Shown: positions 8,443 to 16,093 of the stretch, piece after piece | Numbering within the stretch: position 1 is the first letter of the stretch | Layout of the letters: each line of letters begins with the position of its first letter | Origin: a virus | Lineage: Duplodnaviria > Caudoviricetes | Length of the DNA: 42,426 bases | Virus record (IMG/VR): IMGVR_UViG_3300027969_000177 | Location: 1 to 42,426 of that record | Direction: 5' to 3' (one strand) | Notes under the pieces: generated by a model | Database searches by the model: none | The model's input: the letters and a program-made list of their open reading frames with translations, nothing else | Told to the model about the DNA's origin: nothing | Position numbers and translations under genes: made by a program

Positions 8443-8637
8443 ATGTCCACAACACAAGTCAATTTGGAAGATTTTATGATTGAAGCGCACAAAGCATCAG
8501 GTATGCACTTCAAAACATTTCACATTGCTTTTGGCACTGTAAATCAGCGCAGAGGGCGCACCTTGTATCAGGAAATTAAAAACGGTGAAATAACCGTACC
8601 TCAGTTGGTAATTCTACTTAAAAAGTTTGGAGCATAA
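8443..8637 (+). CDS. Hypothetical protein
   Basis: Tightly packed + strand ORF. Confidence 0.6.
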   Translation: MSTTQVNLEDFMIEAHKASGMHFKTFHIAFGTVNQRRGRTLYQEIKNGEITVPQLVILLKKFGA

Positions 8638-8639
8638 TT

Positions 8640-8798
8640 ATGAGCAACAAAGCATTTATTTGCACAGGTTGCAGCAAAACCGAAGATGTGTTGGCAATGT
8701 TTCCTAACAATCTTTGCTTGGTGTGCTACGCAATGACGCCTGAAGCCAATGCGCCTATGACTGCGCGCCAGTTGTCTCAGATGTGGGGTGGCAAATGA
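8640..8798 (+). CDS. 52-aa zinc-finger-like protein
   Basis: Own translation MSNKAFICTGC...LCLVC; GGAG RBS; ATGA overlap with the next gene. Confidence 0.6.
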   Translation: MSNKAFICTGCSKTEDVLAMFPNNLCLVCYAMTPEANAPMTARQLSQMWGGK

Positions 8799-8959
8799 TT
8801 ACCAAGCGTGGCAAGCGCGTACGCGCAGTAGCAATTGTTGTTGGCTTGTTTTTGCTGTGGCAGGTTGCAGCAAACGTGTGGTGGGTTGGTATTGACTCAC
8901 CTCAAGCAGACTTTCTTGGCTGGTGCTTTGACAGCATGACCGAATGCGTGGTGCTGTAA
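8795..8959 (+). CDS. 54-aa membrane protein
   Basis: Own translation MITKRGKRVRAVAIVVGLFLLWQVAANVWW...; basic N-terminus then hydrophobic helix; coupled at both ends. Confidence 0.6.
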   Translation: MITKRGKRVRAVAIVVGLFLLWQVAANVWWVGIDSPQADFLGWCFDSMTECVVL

Positions 8960-9153
8960 TGACTAAGTTCAGAGTTGAAGTTGAAGTTGAGATTGAAACA
9001 GAATTGACGCAATACATTGGACGCAAGACAACCACAAGCAAGTCACTGTTGGTCGGTTTGGCTAAAGATCAGATTTGGTTAGACGTCAATGACGCAATAC
9101 GCCTGTACGGGATCCAAGGGCGTGTTTCTAACGTTGCCAAGGTGCAGTCATGA
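8959..9153 (+). CDS. Hypothetical protein
   Basis: TAATG and ATGA overlaps. Confidence 0.6.
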   Translation: MTKFRVEVEVEIETELTQYIGRKTTTSKSLLVGLAKDQIWLDVNDAIRLYGIQGRVSNVAKVQS

Positions 9154-9296
9154 TTGCCTGCGAGATGTGCGGTAAACCCGCAAGAGTGCTTGTGTATCGC
9201 TGGTTCAAATACGACAATGGAGAACAAGTGCGCTCACTGATCTGCACAAAGTGTGTAGACATTCACGATATGAGTTTGAAGGGACAGACAGCATGA
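9150..9296 (+). CDS. 48-aa zinc-ribbon-like protein
   Basis: Own translation MIACEMC...ICTKC; ATGA overlaps at both ends. Confidence 0.6.
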   Translation: MIACEMCGKPARVLVYRWFKYDNGEQVRSLICTKCVDIHDMSLKGQTA

Positions 9297-9592
9297 AATT
9301 ATCAGACCCGCAAGCAAACGGAAATGGCACAACAGGTTACGATCCAAAAGGTTACGAAGGCTGGAAGAACCGCCAGACATGGAATGTTGCATTGTGGTTA
9401 AACAATACTTATGACATTTACATTGCAGCAGTGCGATTTATGGAAATCAACCCAAACTTAAAGCGACCATACACGCAATTTATTCTTAGCGCGGGTTTAG
9501 AAAGCGAGCGCACAGACGACAACATTGCTTGGGTAAGCACACGTTTGGATTACAAGGCACTGGACGACATGATGAGAGAGTTGGTGGCGTAA
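9293..9592 (+). CDS. Conserved phage hypothetical protein (YxGWxNxxTWNVALW family)
   Basis: YEGWKNRQTWNVALWLNN motif. Confidence 0.7.
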   Translation: MKLSDPQANGNGTTGYDPKGYEGWKNRQTWNVALWLNNTYDIYIAAVRFMEINPNLKRPYTQFILSAGLESERTDDNIAWVSTRLDYKALDDMMRELVA

Positions 9593-9960
9593 TGGAGTAC
9601 GAATACACAATTAACAAAATTGTGGCTCAAGGATCGAAAGAGTTTGACACTGACCAAGAGGCGCGATTAGAGGCAGCAAGGATCAAGAACATTTATCAGG
9701 CTGAGGATCCAAACCACGAATACTGGTTTGATTACAAAGTTGAAGCCACTGAGCCTGATGTGTTTTTACTTCAAATTATTACTGACGGTGTAGTGTGGAG
9801 CAAGAAGTATGACTGCGGTTTAGACGCGGTTCACGCTTACGATAAGGTTGATGATTACGGATTTGCCCGTCACTGGCGCGAAGCAGTCCTGATTGAACCT
9901 AACGGAAAGGCGCACAGTAAGACCTTTCAAACGCCTAGCGGCACATATTTATTACAGTAA
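9592..9960 (+). CDS. Hypothetical protein
   Basis: TAATG coupling to the upstream gene. Confidence 0.6.
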   Translation: MEYEYTINKIVAQGSKEFDTDQEARLEAARIKNIYQAEDPNHEYWFDYKVEATEPDVFLLQIITDGVVWSKKYDCGLDAVHAYDKVDDYGFARHWREAVLIEPNGKAHSKTFQTPSGTYLLQ

Positions 9961-9998
9961 AATAAACCCTGTCCCAAAACCAACCGAAAGGCGAAGAC

Positions 9999-10088
9999 AT
10001 GGACACAACAATTAAGCGCTGCACCTGTGGCAGTTGGATTTACGGTAACAATGCTTGCGAAGTGTGCAGAAAGTTGGCGATTGGCTGA
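9999..10088 (+). CDS. 29-aa Cys-rich peptide (MDTTIKRCTCG...CEVC)
   Basis: Own translation; GAAAGG RBS in a leader shared with the capsid gene. Confidence 0.5.
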   Translation: MDTTIKRCTCGSWIYGNNACEVCRKLAIG

Positions 10089-10091
10089 GGG

Positions 10092-10481
10092 CTGAAGCGT
10101 TTTGCACAGATCCTTTTAAGCGCCGCATTAGCGGTAGGAATTGTGTTTGCTTCTCAGGCTCAGGCTCAGGCTCCAGGAAATTACGTTGAACTGCTGGCAC
10201 CAAAGCAATACGCCAAGCACAAAGTTACAGCAATTTGGGGCGACTCAAAGCAGTATAGTTGTCTGACGTCATTGTGGGGCAAAGAGTCAGGGTGGAACCC
10301 AAAGGCTCAAAACCACGTTAAAGTGAACGGCAAGCGCGCAGGCGGCATACCGCAGATCTTGGGTTTATCCCCAAAACTGCACCCTCATGTGCAAATAGAT
10401 CTTGGCATTAAATACATTATCCACAGATACAACACACCTTGCAGGGCGTGGGCATTTTGGCAGAAAGGTAAATGGTACTGA
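10092..10481 (+). CDS. Secreted lytic transglycosylase (SLT/Rpf-like, actinobacterial type); start uncertain
   Basis: CL..LW.KESGWNPKA.N, GIPQ, QI..G.KYI..RY..PC.AW, C-terminal WY; signal-peptide-like frame opens at CTG 10092. Confidence 0.8.
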   Translation: MKRFAQILLSAALAVGIVFASQAQAQAPGNYVELLAPKQYAKHKVTAIWGDSKQYSCLTSLWGKESGWNPKAQNHVKVNGKRAGGIPQILGLSPKLHPHVQIDLGIKYIIHRYNTPCRAWAFWQKGKWY

Positions 10482-10570
10482 TGAGTATTAATTTTCCACA
10501 ACCTAACTGGACTCCAAGCAGCGATCCAACACACATTCCCTACGAAGACGATGACGAAGACGATGATTGA
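10481..10570 (+). CDS. 29-aa acidic-tailed peptide
   Basis: Own translation MSINFPQPNW...EDDDEDDD; TGATG overlap. Confidence 0.4.
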   Translation: MSINFPQPNWTPSSDPTHIPYEDDDEDDD

Positions 10571-10940
10571 CAAAAAGATTGTTACGCTGGTTGAACAGCG
10601 CGCTCAGGGGTATTGCGAAGCCTGCGGTCAGCCAGAGAAGGCGACAATGGCGTTGCACCACCGACAATTGAAATCACGCGGGGGCAAAGACAGCGCCAGC
10701 AACCTTATGCGCGTTCATCATTCTTGCCACAACATGAGTACGGGCAGCATTCACGCTAACCCGCAGTGGGCTGAAGATATGGGGTTTATGGTTCCTTCTT
10801 GGAGAGATCCGACTGAACACCCAATGCATACGCCTGACGGCTCAATTGTTTTATTACAAAATGACGGTACAATAATTACACTACAGGAAGGCAACGAAAA
10901 TGGACATAACAATCAAAGGCAATTTGGGGACAGATCCTGA
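10563..10940 (+). CDS. HNH endonuclease
   Basis: CEACG...LHHR..KSRGG...SNLM.VHHSCHN. Confidence 0.85.
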   Translation: MIDKKIVTLVEQRAQGYCEACGQPEKATMALHHRQLKSRGGKDSASNLMRVHHSCHNMSTGSIHANPQWAEDMGFMVPSWRDPTEHPMHTPDGSIVLLQNDGTIITLQEGNENGHNNQRQFGDRS

Positions 10941-11259
10941 ACTCAAGTTTACAAAGAACAACAAGGCATACGTCAGTTTCAGTTTGGCTTACACCCCACG
11001 CGTAAAGCAAGGTGAAATTTGGATTGACGGCGAAACAATTTGGTTTAGAGCAATACAGTGGGGCGAGAAGTCAGAAGCCCTAATAGACAATCTTTCTAAG
11101 GGCGATAGTGTTTTGATACAGGGATCTTGGAAGCCAAGCGCCTACACCACTAAGGAAGGCGTAGAAAAGACAGGTCTGGAGTTGAACATTAGCGAGATCG
11201 GTAAAGTTATCAAGGCTGTTAGCGCTCGCAAGCAAAGCAATGAAGCACCCTCATGGTAA
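10900..11259 (+). CDS. ssb: Single-stranded DNA-binding protein
   Basis: ITIKGNLGTDPELKFT...FSLAYTPR...WIDGETIWF...LSKGDSV; C-terminal APSW. Confidence 0.9.
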   Translation: MDITIKGNLGTDPELKFTKNNKAYVSFSLAYTPRVKQGEIWIDGETIWFRAIQWGEKSEALIDNLSKGDSVLIQGSWKPSAYTTKEGVEKTGLELNISEIGKVIKAVSARKQSNEAPSW

Positions 11260-11474
11260 TAGATCCTGTCTGGCTAACGGCGGATCAGACCGCTAAGCAA
11301 TTAAACATTACACTCAATCACCTGCGTCAATTGCAATTTCGTAAGCAGTTGGTGTGGAAAAGCAAAAAGGGCAAATCAGTGTTTTATCTTGAACATGAGG
11401 TGCTGGACTTTGAAACCGCCAGGAAGGTGAAACATGAAGTTAGACAAAGAAAGAGTGCAGCACGCGCTCAATAG
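11253..11474 (+). CDS. Excisionase-like HTH DNA-binding protein
   Basis: WLTADQTAKQLNIT..HLRQL...GKSVFY. Confidence 0.65.
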   Translation: MVIDPVWLTADQTAKQLNITLNHLRQLQFRKQLVWKSKKGKSVFYLEHEVLDFETARKVKHEVRQRKSAARAQ

Positions 11475-11610
11475 ATTTGCAGACAGTTTGCGCTCAAGGG
11501 GTCACGAAGATCTTGCGTTCATGATTGAAAATTACGACGTGCTGTTAAAAGAAGAATGGCAAGCAGAGCAACCTGAGCCGAAGAAGCGCGCACCCCGTAA
11601 TAAATTGTAG
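11434..11610 (+). CDS. Small hypothetical protein (58 aa)
   Basis: Own translation MKLDKERVQHAL...; GGAAGG RBS. Confidence 0.55.
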   Translation: MKLDKERVQHALNRFADSLRSRGHEDLAFMIENYDVLLKEEWQAEQPEPKKRAPRNKL

Positions 11611-11619
11611 TATCGGGGA

Positions 11620-11799
11620 ATGTCACTAACCATTGAGCAAGACCTCACAATTGAAGAGATTGATGAGGCTATTGCCCATGTCAGCAAAATGCTTAAAACT
11701 GACGAGTATGGCAACCGCATGGATTGGCGCAAGCGGGAATTATTGACAGCAAGCATTGATGATCTACTTGACGCAAGATTACAACTCAGCGTAAACTGA
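11620..11799 (+). CDS. Small hypothetical protein (59 aa)
   Basis: Own translation MSLTIEQDLTIEEIDEAI...; TAGTAT lies 6 nt before the ATG (possibly leaderless). Confidence 0.55.
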   Translation: MSLTIEQDLTIEEIDEAIAHVSKMLKTDEYGNRMDWRKRELLTASIDDLLDARLQLSVN

Positions 11800-11806
11800 C
11801 TTTATG
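11768..11806 (+). promoter_or_regulatory. Sigma70/SigA-type promoter, probably leaderless, for the DNA-modification operon
   Basis: TTGACG (11768) - N18 - TAAACT (11792) - N6 - ATG (11804); no Shine-Dalgarno sequence. Confidence 0.65.
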
Positions 11807-12475
11807 GAAATCACAAAGGCACAGATCGCAGAATTAAACGAATACGCCAAGAACCCGCGCAAAGGCAACGTGGATCTCATTGCTGAGTCATTGTCCAAAT
11901 ACGGGCAATACAAACCAATCACAGTAAACAAAGACAACAACGAGATCCTTGCAGGCAATCACACTTTTCGTGCAGCAAAGCAACTTGGCTGGGACACAAT
12001 TGACGTGGTGTACGTTGATGTTGATAGCGCCACAGCAGCAAAGATTGTAGCAATTGACAACAAAGCATCAGATATGGGCGGATACGACAACAAGGTGTTG
12101 GCTGAATTACTTGACAGCATGGGCAACCTTGAAGGATCTGGATACACGTTTGACGAATACGATGACCTCAAGGCTGAGATCCAAGAGAAAGATCTGCCAA
12201 CACTTGAACACAAAACCCTTTTTGCTGCACTTGAAGTCGGAGAGAGTGGACAATCAGGTACGCAATTCATACCTACGCTTAGCGATTACGCAGAGCGATA
12301 CACCAACAAGGCTACGCGTATGCTGATGCTGGACTATCACAATGACATTTATGTTTGGATCGTAGACGCGCTGATTGAATACCGCACTGCAAACGGATTG
12401 GTAAGCAACGGTGAAGCAATTTTGAAGTTAGTGGAAGACGCAGTAGAAAGGAAATGCCCGCATGAACTTATCTGA
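11804..12475 (+). CDS. ParB/sulfiredoxin-like N-terminal domain protein
   Basis: Y.KNPR...IAESLSKYGQYKPITV...ILAGNHTFRAAKQLGW...AIDNK. Confidence 0.88.
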   Translation: MEITKAQIAELNEYAKNPRKGNVDLIAESLSKYGQYKPITVNKDNNEILAGNHTFRAAKQLGWDTIDVVYVDVDSATAAKIVAIDNKASDMGGYDNKVLAELLDSMGNLEGSGYTFDEYDDLKAEIQEKDLPTLEHKTLFAALEVGESGQSGTQFIPTLSDYAERYTNKATRMLMLDYHNDIYVWIVDALIEYRTANGLVSNGEAILKLVEDAVERKCPHELI

Positions 12476-13343
12476 GTTGCCCGTACACCGCATCAAGCGT
12501 GTTATGTCTGAAGAAGATGCAAGCGCGCTGGTAGGTACTGTTGTTCCCGATTATGAACCGACTTGCACTGAAGCAGGTATTTGGATTGACGACGATACTG
12601 AGGAAGTCATTTTTGTTTACTTCCCAATGGAAGAAGAAGTTGATTTGTTGCGCGCGTCTGTGCTAAACATTAACTACGGCACAACAATTAGACAATCAAC
12701 AGGCTTGAAAAATCAATCACGCACCTTTGGTATGGCGCCACGCAAGATCTTTCAGAAGCGAGAAAGTTGCAGAGCAACATCATTGGCGCACGAACAACCA
12801 AATGAACACGCAGTGCTAATTGCATTTGCTGAAAAGTTTGCACAGATGTACAAAGAATTTGCGCCTGAACTTTACGCAGCAGACGCAAAAGCGCTTGCTG
12901 ACAACAACGTGGCTGACGAATGGCGTATGACTGATGATGCACTTTGGACATCAGGCGTTGTCAATAAGGCTTCAACATTGCCTTATCACCGTGACGGTTT
13001 CAACTTTGCCACTTGGTCTGCAATGCCTGTGATCCGCAGAAAAATGAAGGGCGGATACCTAACGCTGCCTGAATACAATTTCACTTGTTCTTGTCGTGAC
13101 GGCTGGGTGACATTCTTTGCAGGATACAAATACGTTCACGGCGTAACACCAATGACACCTACCGCTGAAGACTCATACCGCTATTCAATCGTTTACTATG
13201 CCTTGAGAGGTATGAAAGATTGTTTTACGTTTGCAGTAGAGACATCAAAAGCGCGCGTAAGCAGAACCAATCGTGAAGACAACATGGCAAAGGCGCTCAA
13301 GGGCGAAATACCTATGCCTCAAATTGGCGGCAAAAATAAGTGA
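12462..13343 (+). CDS. TET/JBP-family 2OG-Fe(II) nucleic acid dioxygenase
   Basis: TSGVVN..., YHRD (HxD), GGYLTLPEY, VHGVTP (distal His), RYSIVYY (2OG-binding Arg). Confidence 0.85.
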   Translation: MNLSELPVHRIKRVMSEEDASALVGTVVPDYEPTCTEAGIWIDDDTEEVIFVYFPMEEEVDLLRASVLNINYGTTIRQSTGLKNQSRTFGMAPRKIFQKRESCRATSLAHEQPNEHAVLIAFAEKFAQMYKEFAPELYAADAKALADNNVADEWRMTDDALWTSGVVNKASTLPYHRDGFNFATWSAMPVIRRKMKGGYLTLPEYNFTCSCRDGWVTFFAGYKYVHGVTPMTPTAEDSYRYSIVYYALRGMKDCFTFAVETSKARVSRTNREDNMAKALKGEIPMPQIGGKNK

Positions 13344-14224
13344 GCCTTTGGGCTGATTACGCTCAATTTCACGAAGCACAAACCCAATCGCGTGACATGG
13401 ATCCTGCTTACCCAGTATTGAAATGGTTTGCTGACTCAATGGACAGGGACAGTGGATTGTGGCTGACGTTCTTGTTTGTTGGTTATTATCAAATAGGCTC
13501 AGCACTTAAAGCATTTAGCCTGTATCCAACACCGACTGTTCCAGATCAAGACACGCTCAAATTCCCAATTGCACAACCACGCAGATCTCACAGAGCAACA
13601 TTGCGCTTTGCACAACACCTTGACTCATTATGTGCCAAAGCACATAAACACGGCGGATTAGGCGCTTGGTTGGACACGGCGGTTACGTCGCAGGATCCAA
13701 TTGAGAATTGGAAAACACTCAACAATGAATTGGCAACGGTGTTTGGTAATGGACGCTGGGCAGCATACAAAACAGCAGAAATCCTTATGAAGTCTCACGG
13801 GTTTAACCTTGAAGTGCCTGACATGGGCAACGCCAATTCAAGTGGACCACGCAAAGGGCTGGGGCTGTTCTTTCCTGGTCTACCGCAAGGCAATTCACCT
13901 GCTGAGGTTGCACGCTTAGACGATTTGAGCGCAGAGGTGGTTGAGCATTTGCAAGGCAAAGTATCGCAAGTCAGCATGGAGACTGCTGAAACATCACTTT
14001 GCGATTTTTATGCAATGACCAAAGGGCGTTACTACGTCGGTATTGACATTGATGAAATGCAAGAACAATTGTTGCGTGTCCCGTCAGATTTGACACACCT
14101 AGCCTTCAAAGCACGACACGACACCTTGCCTCATCAATACTTAGGTGAATTGAACGGTTGGGAAGGCATAGACAAAAACCGCAAAACAATTTACCGCGAC
14201 ACAAAACAGATTGCACTGAGATGA
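13340..14224 (+). CDS. Amino acid:DNA transferase (aGPT-Pplase2, HhH-glycosylase-related fold)
   Basis: DMDP.Y, FGNGRWAAYKTAE, SSGPRKGL, ETSLCDF, GRYYVGIDIDE; neighbours fit. Confidence 0.8.
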   Translation: MSLWADYAQFHEAQTQSRDMDPAYPVLKWFADSMDRDSGLWLTFLFVGYYQIGSALKAFSLYPTPTVPDQDTLKFPIAQPRRSHRATLRFAQHLDSLCAKAHKHGGLGAWLDTAVTSQDPIENWKTLNNELATVFGNGRWAAYKTAEILMKSHGFNLEVPDMGNANSSGPRKGLGLFFPGLPQGNSPAEVARLDDLSAEVVEHLQGKVSQVSMETAETSLCDFYAMTKGRYYVGIDIDEMQEQLLRVPSDLTHLAFKARHDTLPHQYLGELNGWEGIDKNRKTIYRDTKQIALR

Positions 14225-15036
14225 AACTAATTGTTATTGGCGCTGGCATTGCAGGATCCTCAGCCACTCGTATCGCACGTTCTAAAGGTTGGGACGTAAC
14301 TTTGATTGACCACGCGCCAGATCAGTCTGCGTCCAGATCTGCGCTCGCAACAATTAGACCAACGTGGTTCGACAAATCTGAGCGCACTGATCTTGAAAGA
14401 TCTTGGGAATGGTACAGCGCTTGGGGCGCAGCAGGATCCAGAGAAGCGTATGTATCAAATTGGCGCAACAAAGAAGTGAACAAACAAAAAGACTGGTGGC
14501 TGGTAGATCCGATTGTGCCATTGTTAAAACCCGACACAATTGAACGGGTTGTGCGCATTTCTGACAAAAATGTTGAATTAAGCAGTGGATTGTCAATAAA
14601 TGCTGACGCTATCTTGAATTGTACGGGTGCATACGGGGCGGATCTAGCACGTGACGTGACGCTGTTTGCAGGGGTTACTTGGATCTCGCATGACGCTGAA
14701 CTGGACTATTCACCGTACCGCGTTCATCACATACGACCATACAAATCACTCTCAGCAGCACAAATCAACGGCGTAACGCGTGTCGGATCCTCAATCAACG
14801 CAAACGCTGATAAAGCAATACAAGAGGCTGAAGAATTGTTAGAACAGGCTCACTTGTTGGGAATTGTTAAAGCAGGCGCAACTTGGGAGATGTCATTAGG
14901 CTGGAGAGCAAAGGGCAAAGGCGGTCTACCAATTTACCCAGAGTTAGGTCAGCGCAATGCCTACTTTTCAGGATTAGCCAGAAGCGGGTACGGGCTATCA
15001 CCTGCTATTGCAGAAAAGTGGCTTGACAGTTTATAG
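14221..15036 (+). CDS. FAD-dependent oxidoreductase (D-amino acid/glycine oxidase-like)
   Basis: VIGAGIAG Rossmann motif, ASRSA, NCTGAY, GWR, GLARSGYGLSPA; ATGA overlap. Confidence 0.85.
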   Translation: MKLIVIGAGIAGSSATRIARSKGWDVTLIDHAPDQSASRSALATIRPTWFDKSERTDLERSWEWYSAWGAAGSREAYVSNWRNKEVNKQKDWWLVDPIVPLLKPDTIERVVRISDKNVELSSGLSINADAILNCTGAYGADLARDVTLFAGVTWISHDAELDYSPYRVHHIRPYKSLSAAQINGVTRVGSSINANADKAIQEAEELLEQAHLLGIVKAGATWEMSLGWRAKGKGGLPIYPELGQRNAYFSGLARSGYGLSPAIAEKWLDSL

Positions 15037-15060
15037 TTGCTAGATTACAAAGGGGGCAAA

Positions 15061-15594
15061 ATGAAGATTATTTATTTGATAGGCGCACCAGGATCAGGAA
15101 AAACCACGCTGACTGAGGCATTCACAAAGGATTGGAAGGACACGGCAAAGCATGAACAACCAATCAAATTCAGAACACATCACACTCAACATGGGGACGC
15201 ACTCTCACTCGGTTGGCTCAGACCAGCATTTGGTGGAACAGACACGCTTGGCAATACGGCGATACTTGGTATTGAACCGTGGCTACCCAACATCGCCAAA
15301 GACTATTCAATCATCTACGGAGAAGGCGACAGATTAGCCAATTCACGTTTCTTTGATTTGTGTAAGAGCGTTGCAGACTTTCATTTGTTTTACCTCAACA
15401 CTGAGCCTGCAATTTGCGCTGAGCGTCGCGCACAAAGATCCTTATTGACAGGCAAGACACAAAACCCTACTTGGGTTAAAGGCAGAGAGACTAAGCACCG
15501 CAACCTTGCTGCAACCTACAAAGCATTTGAAATCCCGTCAGGGCTAACACCGCAGGCTGGCGCAGATCTCATGCATAATGTAATCTTTTCCTGA
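15061..15594 (+). CDS. P-loop kinase, 5-hydroxymethyluracil DNA kinase-like
   Basis: GAPGSGKTT, FGGTDTL, EGDRL, RR..R...QNPTWVKGRETK. Confidence 0.8.
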   Translation: MKIIYLIGAPGSGKTTLTEAFTKDWKDTAKHEQPIKFRTHHTQHGDALSLGWLRPAFGGTDTLGNTAILGIEPWLPNIAKDYSIIYGEGDRLANSRFFDLCKSVADFHLFYLNTEPAICAERRAQRSLLTGKTQNPTWVKGRETKHRNLAATYKAFEIPSGLTPQAGADLMHNVIFS

Positions 15595-15610
15595 TGAACG
15601 GGAAACGTAG

Positions 15611-16093
15611 ATGAGAAAAACACCTAAGCCTGAACAAATTGACAAAGAGCGACAGGTGCTTGAGTTAAAGCGCTCAGGGGCTACTTGGGACGCGATTGCA
15701 CAGGTGGTTGGGTATTCCAACGGCTCAGGCGCGTTCAAGGCTTATCAAAGGGCAATGGTACGCACGTTGCAGCAACCAGCAGATGAACTGCGTGATGCTG
15801 AGATTGATCGCTTAGACCGATTGCAAAGGGCGTATTGGTTTGAGGCTATTGGAGATAAGAACAACCCGCCAGTGCATAAATCAGCAGAGATTGTTTTGAA
15901 GATAATTGACAGGCGCGCAAAGTTATTAGGGCTAGATGCCCCAACAAAGATCCAAGCAGAGGTGATCACGTATGACGCAAGCGGAATTGATGCCGATATT
16001 GAAAGAATTGCCCGTGAACTCAGAAGAATGGATCAGGGCGTCACGCTGGCGCTGGAAGCAGGAACAGGCGAGACAGGAACAATTACCACCTGA
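15611..16093 (+). CDS. terS: Terminase small subunit
   Basis: LELKRSGATWDAIAQVVGY HTH; RRAKLLGLDAP; directly precedes terL. Confidence 0.8.
   Translation: MRKTPKPEQIDKERQVLELKRSGATWDAIAQVVGYSNGSGAFKAYQRAMVRTLQQPADELRDAEIDRLDRLQRAYWFEAIGDKNNPPVHKSAEIVLKIIDRRAKLLGLDAPTKIQAEVITYDASGIDADIERIARELRRMDQGVTLALEAGTGETGTITT

Noticed and set aside
2061-9975. GGGACAGGG (2061) and its reverse complement CCCTGTCCC (9967) as inversion sites
   Set aside because: Only 9 bp, no invertase is present, and a match this short is expected by chance.
10086-10088. Genome-wide stop-codon reassignment
   Set aside because: TGA, TAG and TAA all terminate well-defined genes and long ORFs are intact under the standard code; this is a single local case.
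11253-11474. Excisionase-like HTH as evidence of a temperate lifestyle
   Set aside because: No integrase, repressor, att-like site or ParA was found; the ParB gene belongs to the modification/packaging block.
12462-13343. TET as a 5mC-to-5hmC/glycosylation system
   Set aside because: No C5-methyltransferase or DNA glycosyltransferase is visible, and the neighbours belong to thymidine hypermodification. Action on host-methylated C is not strictly excluded.
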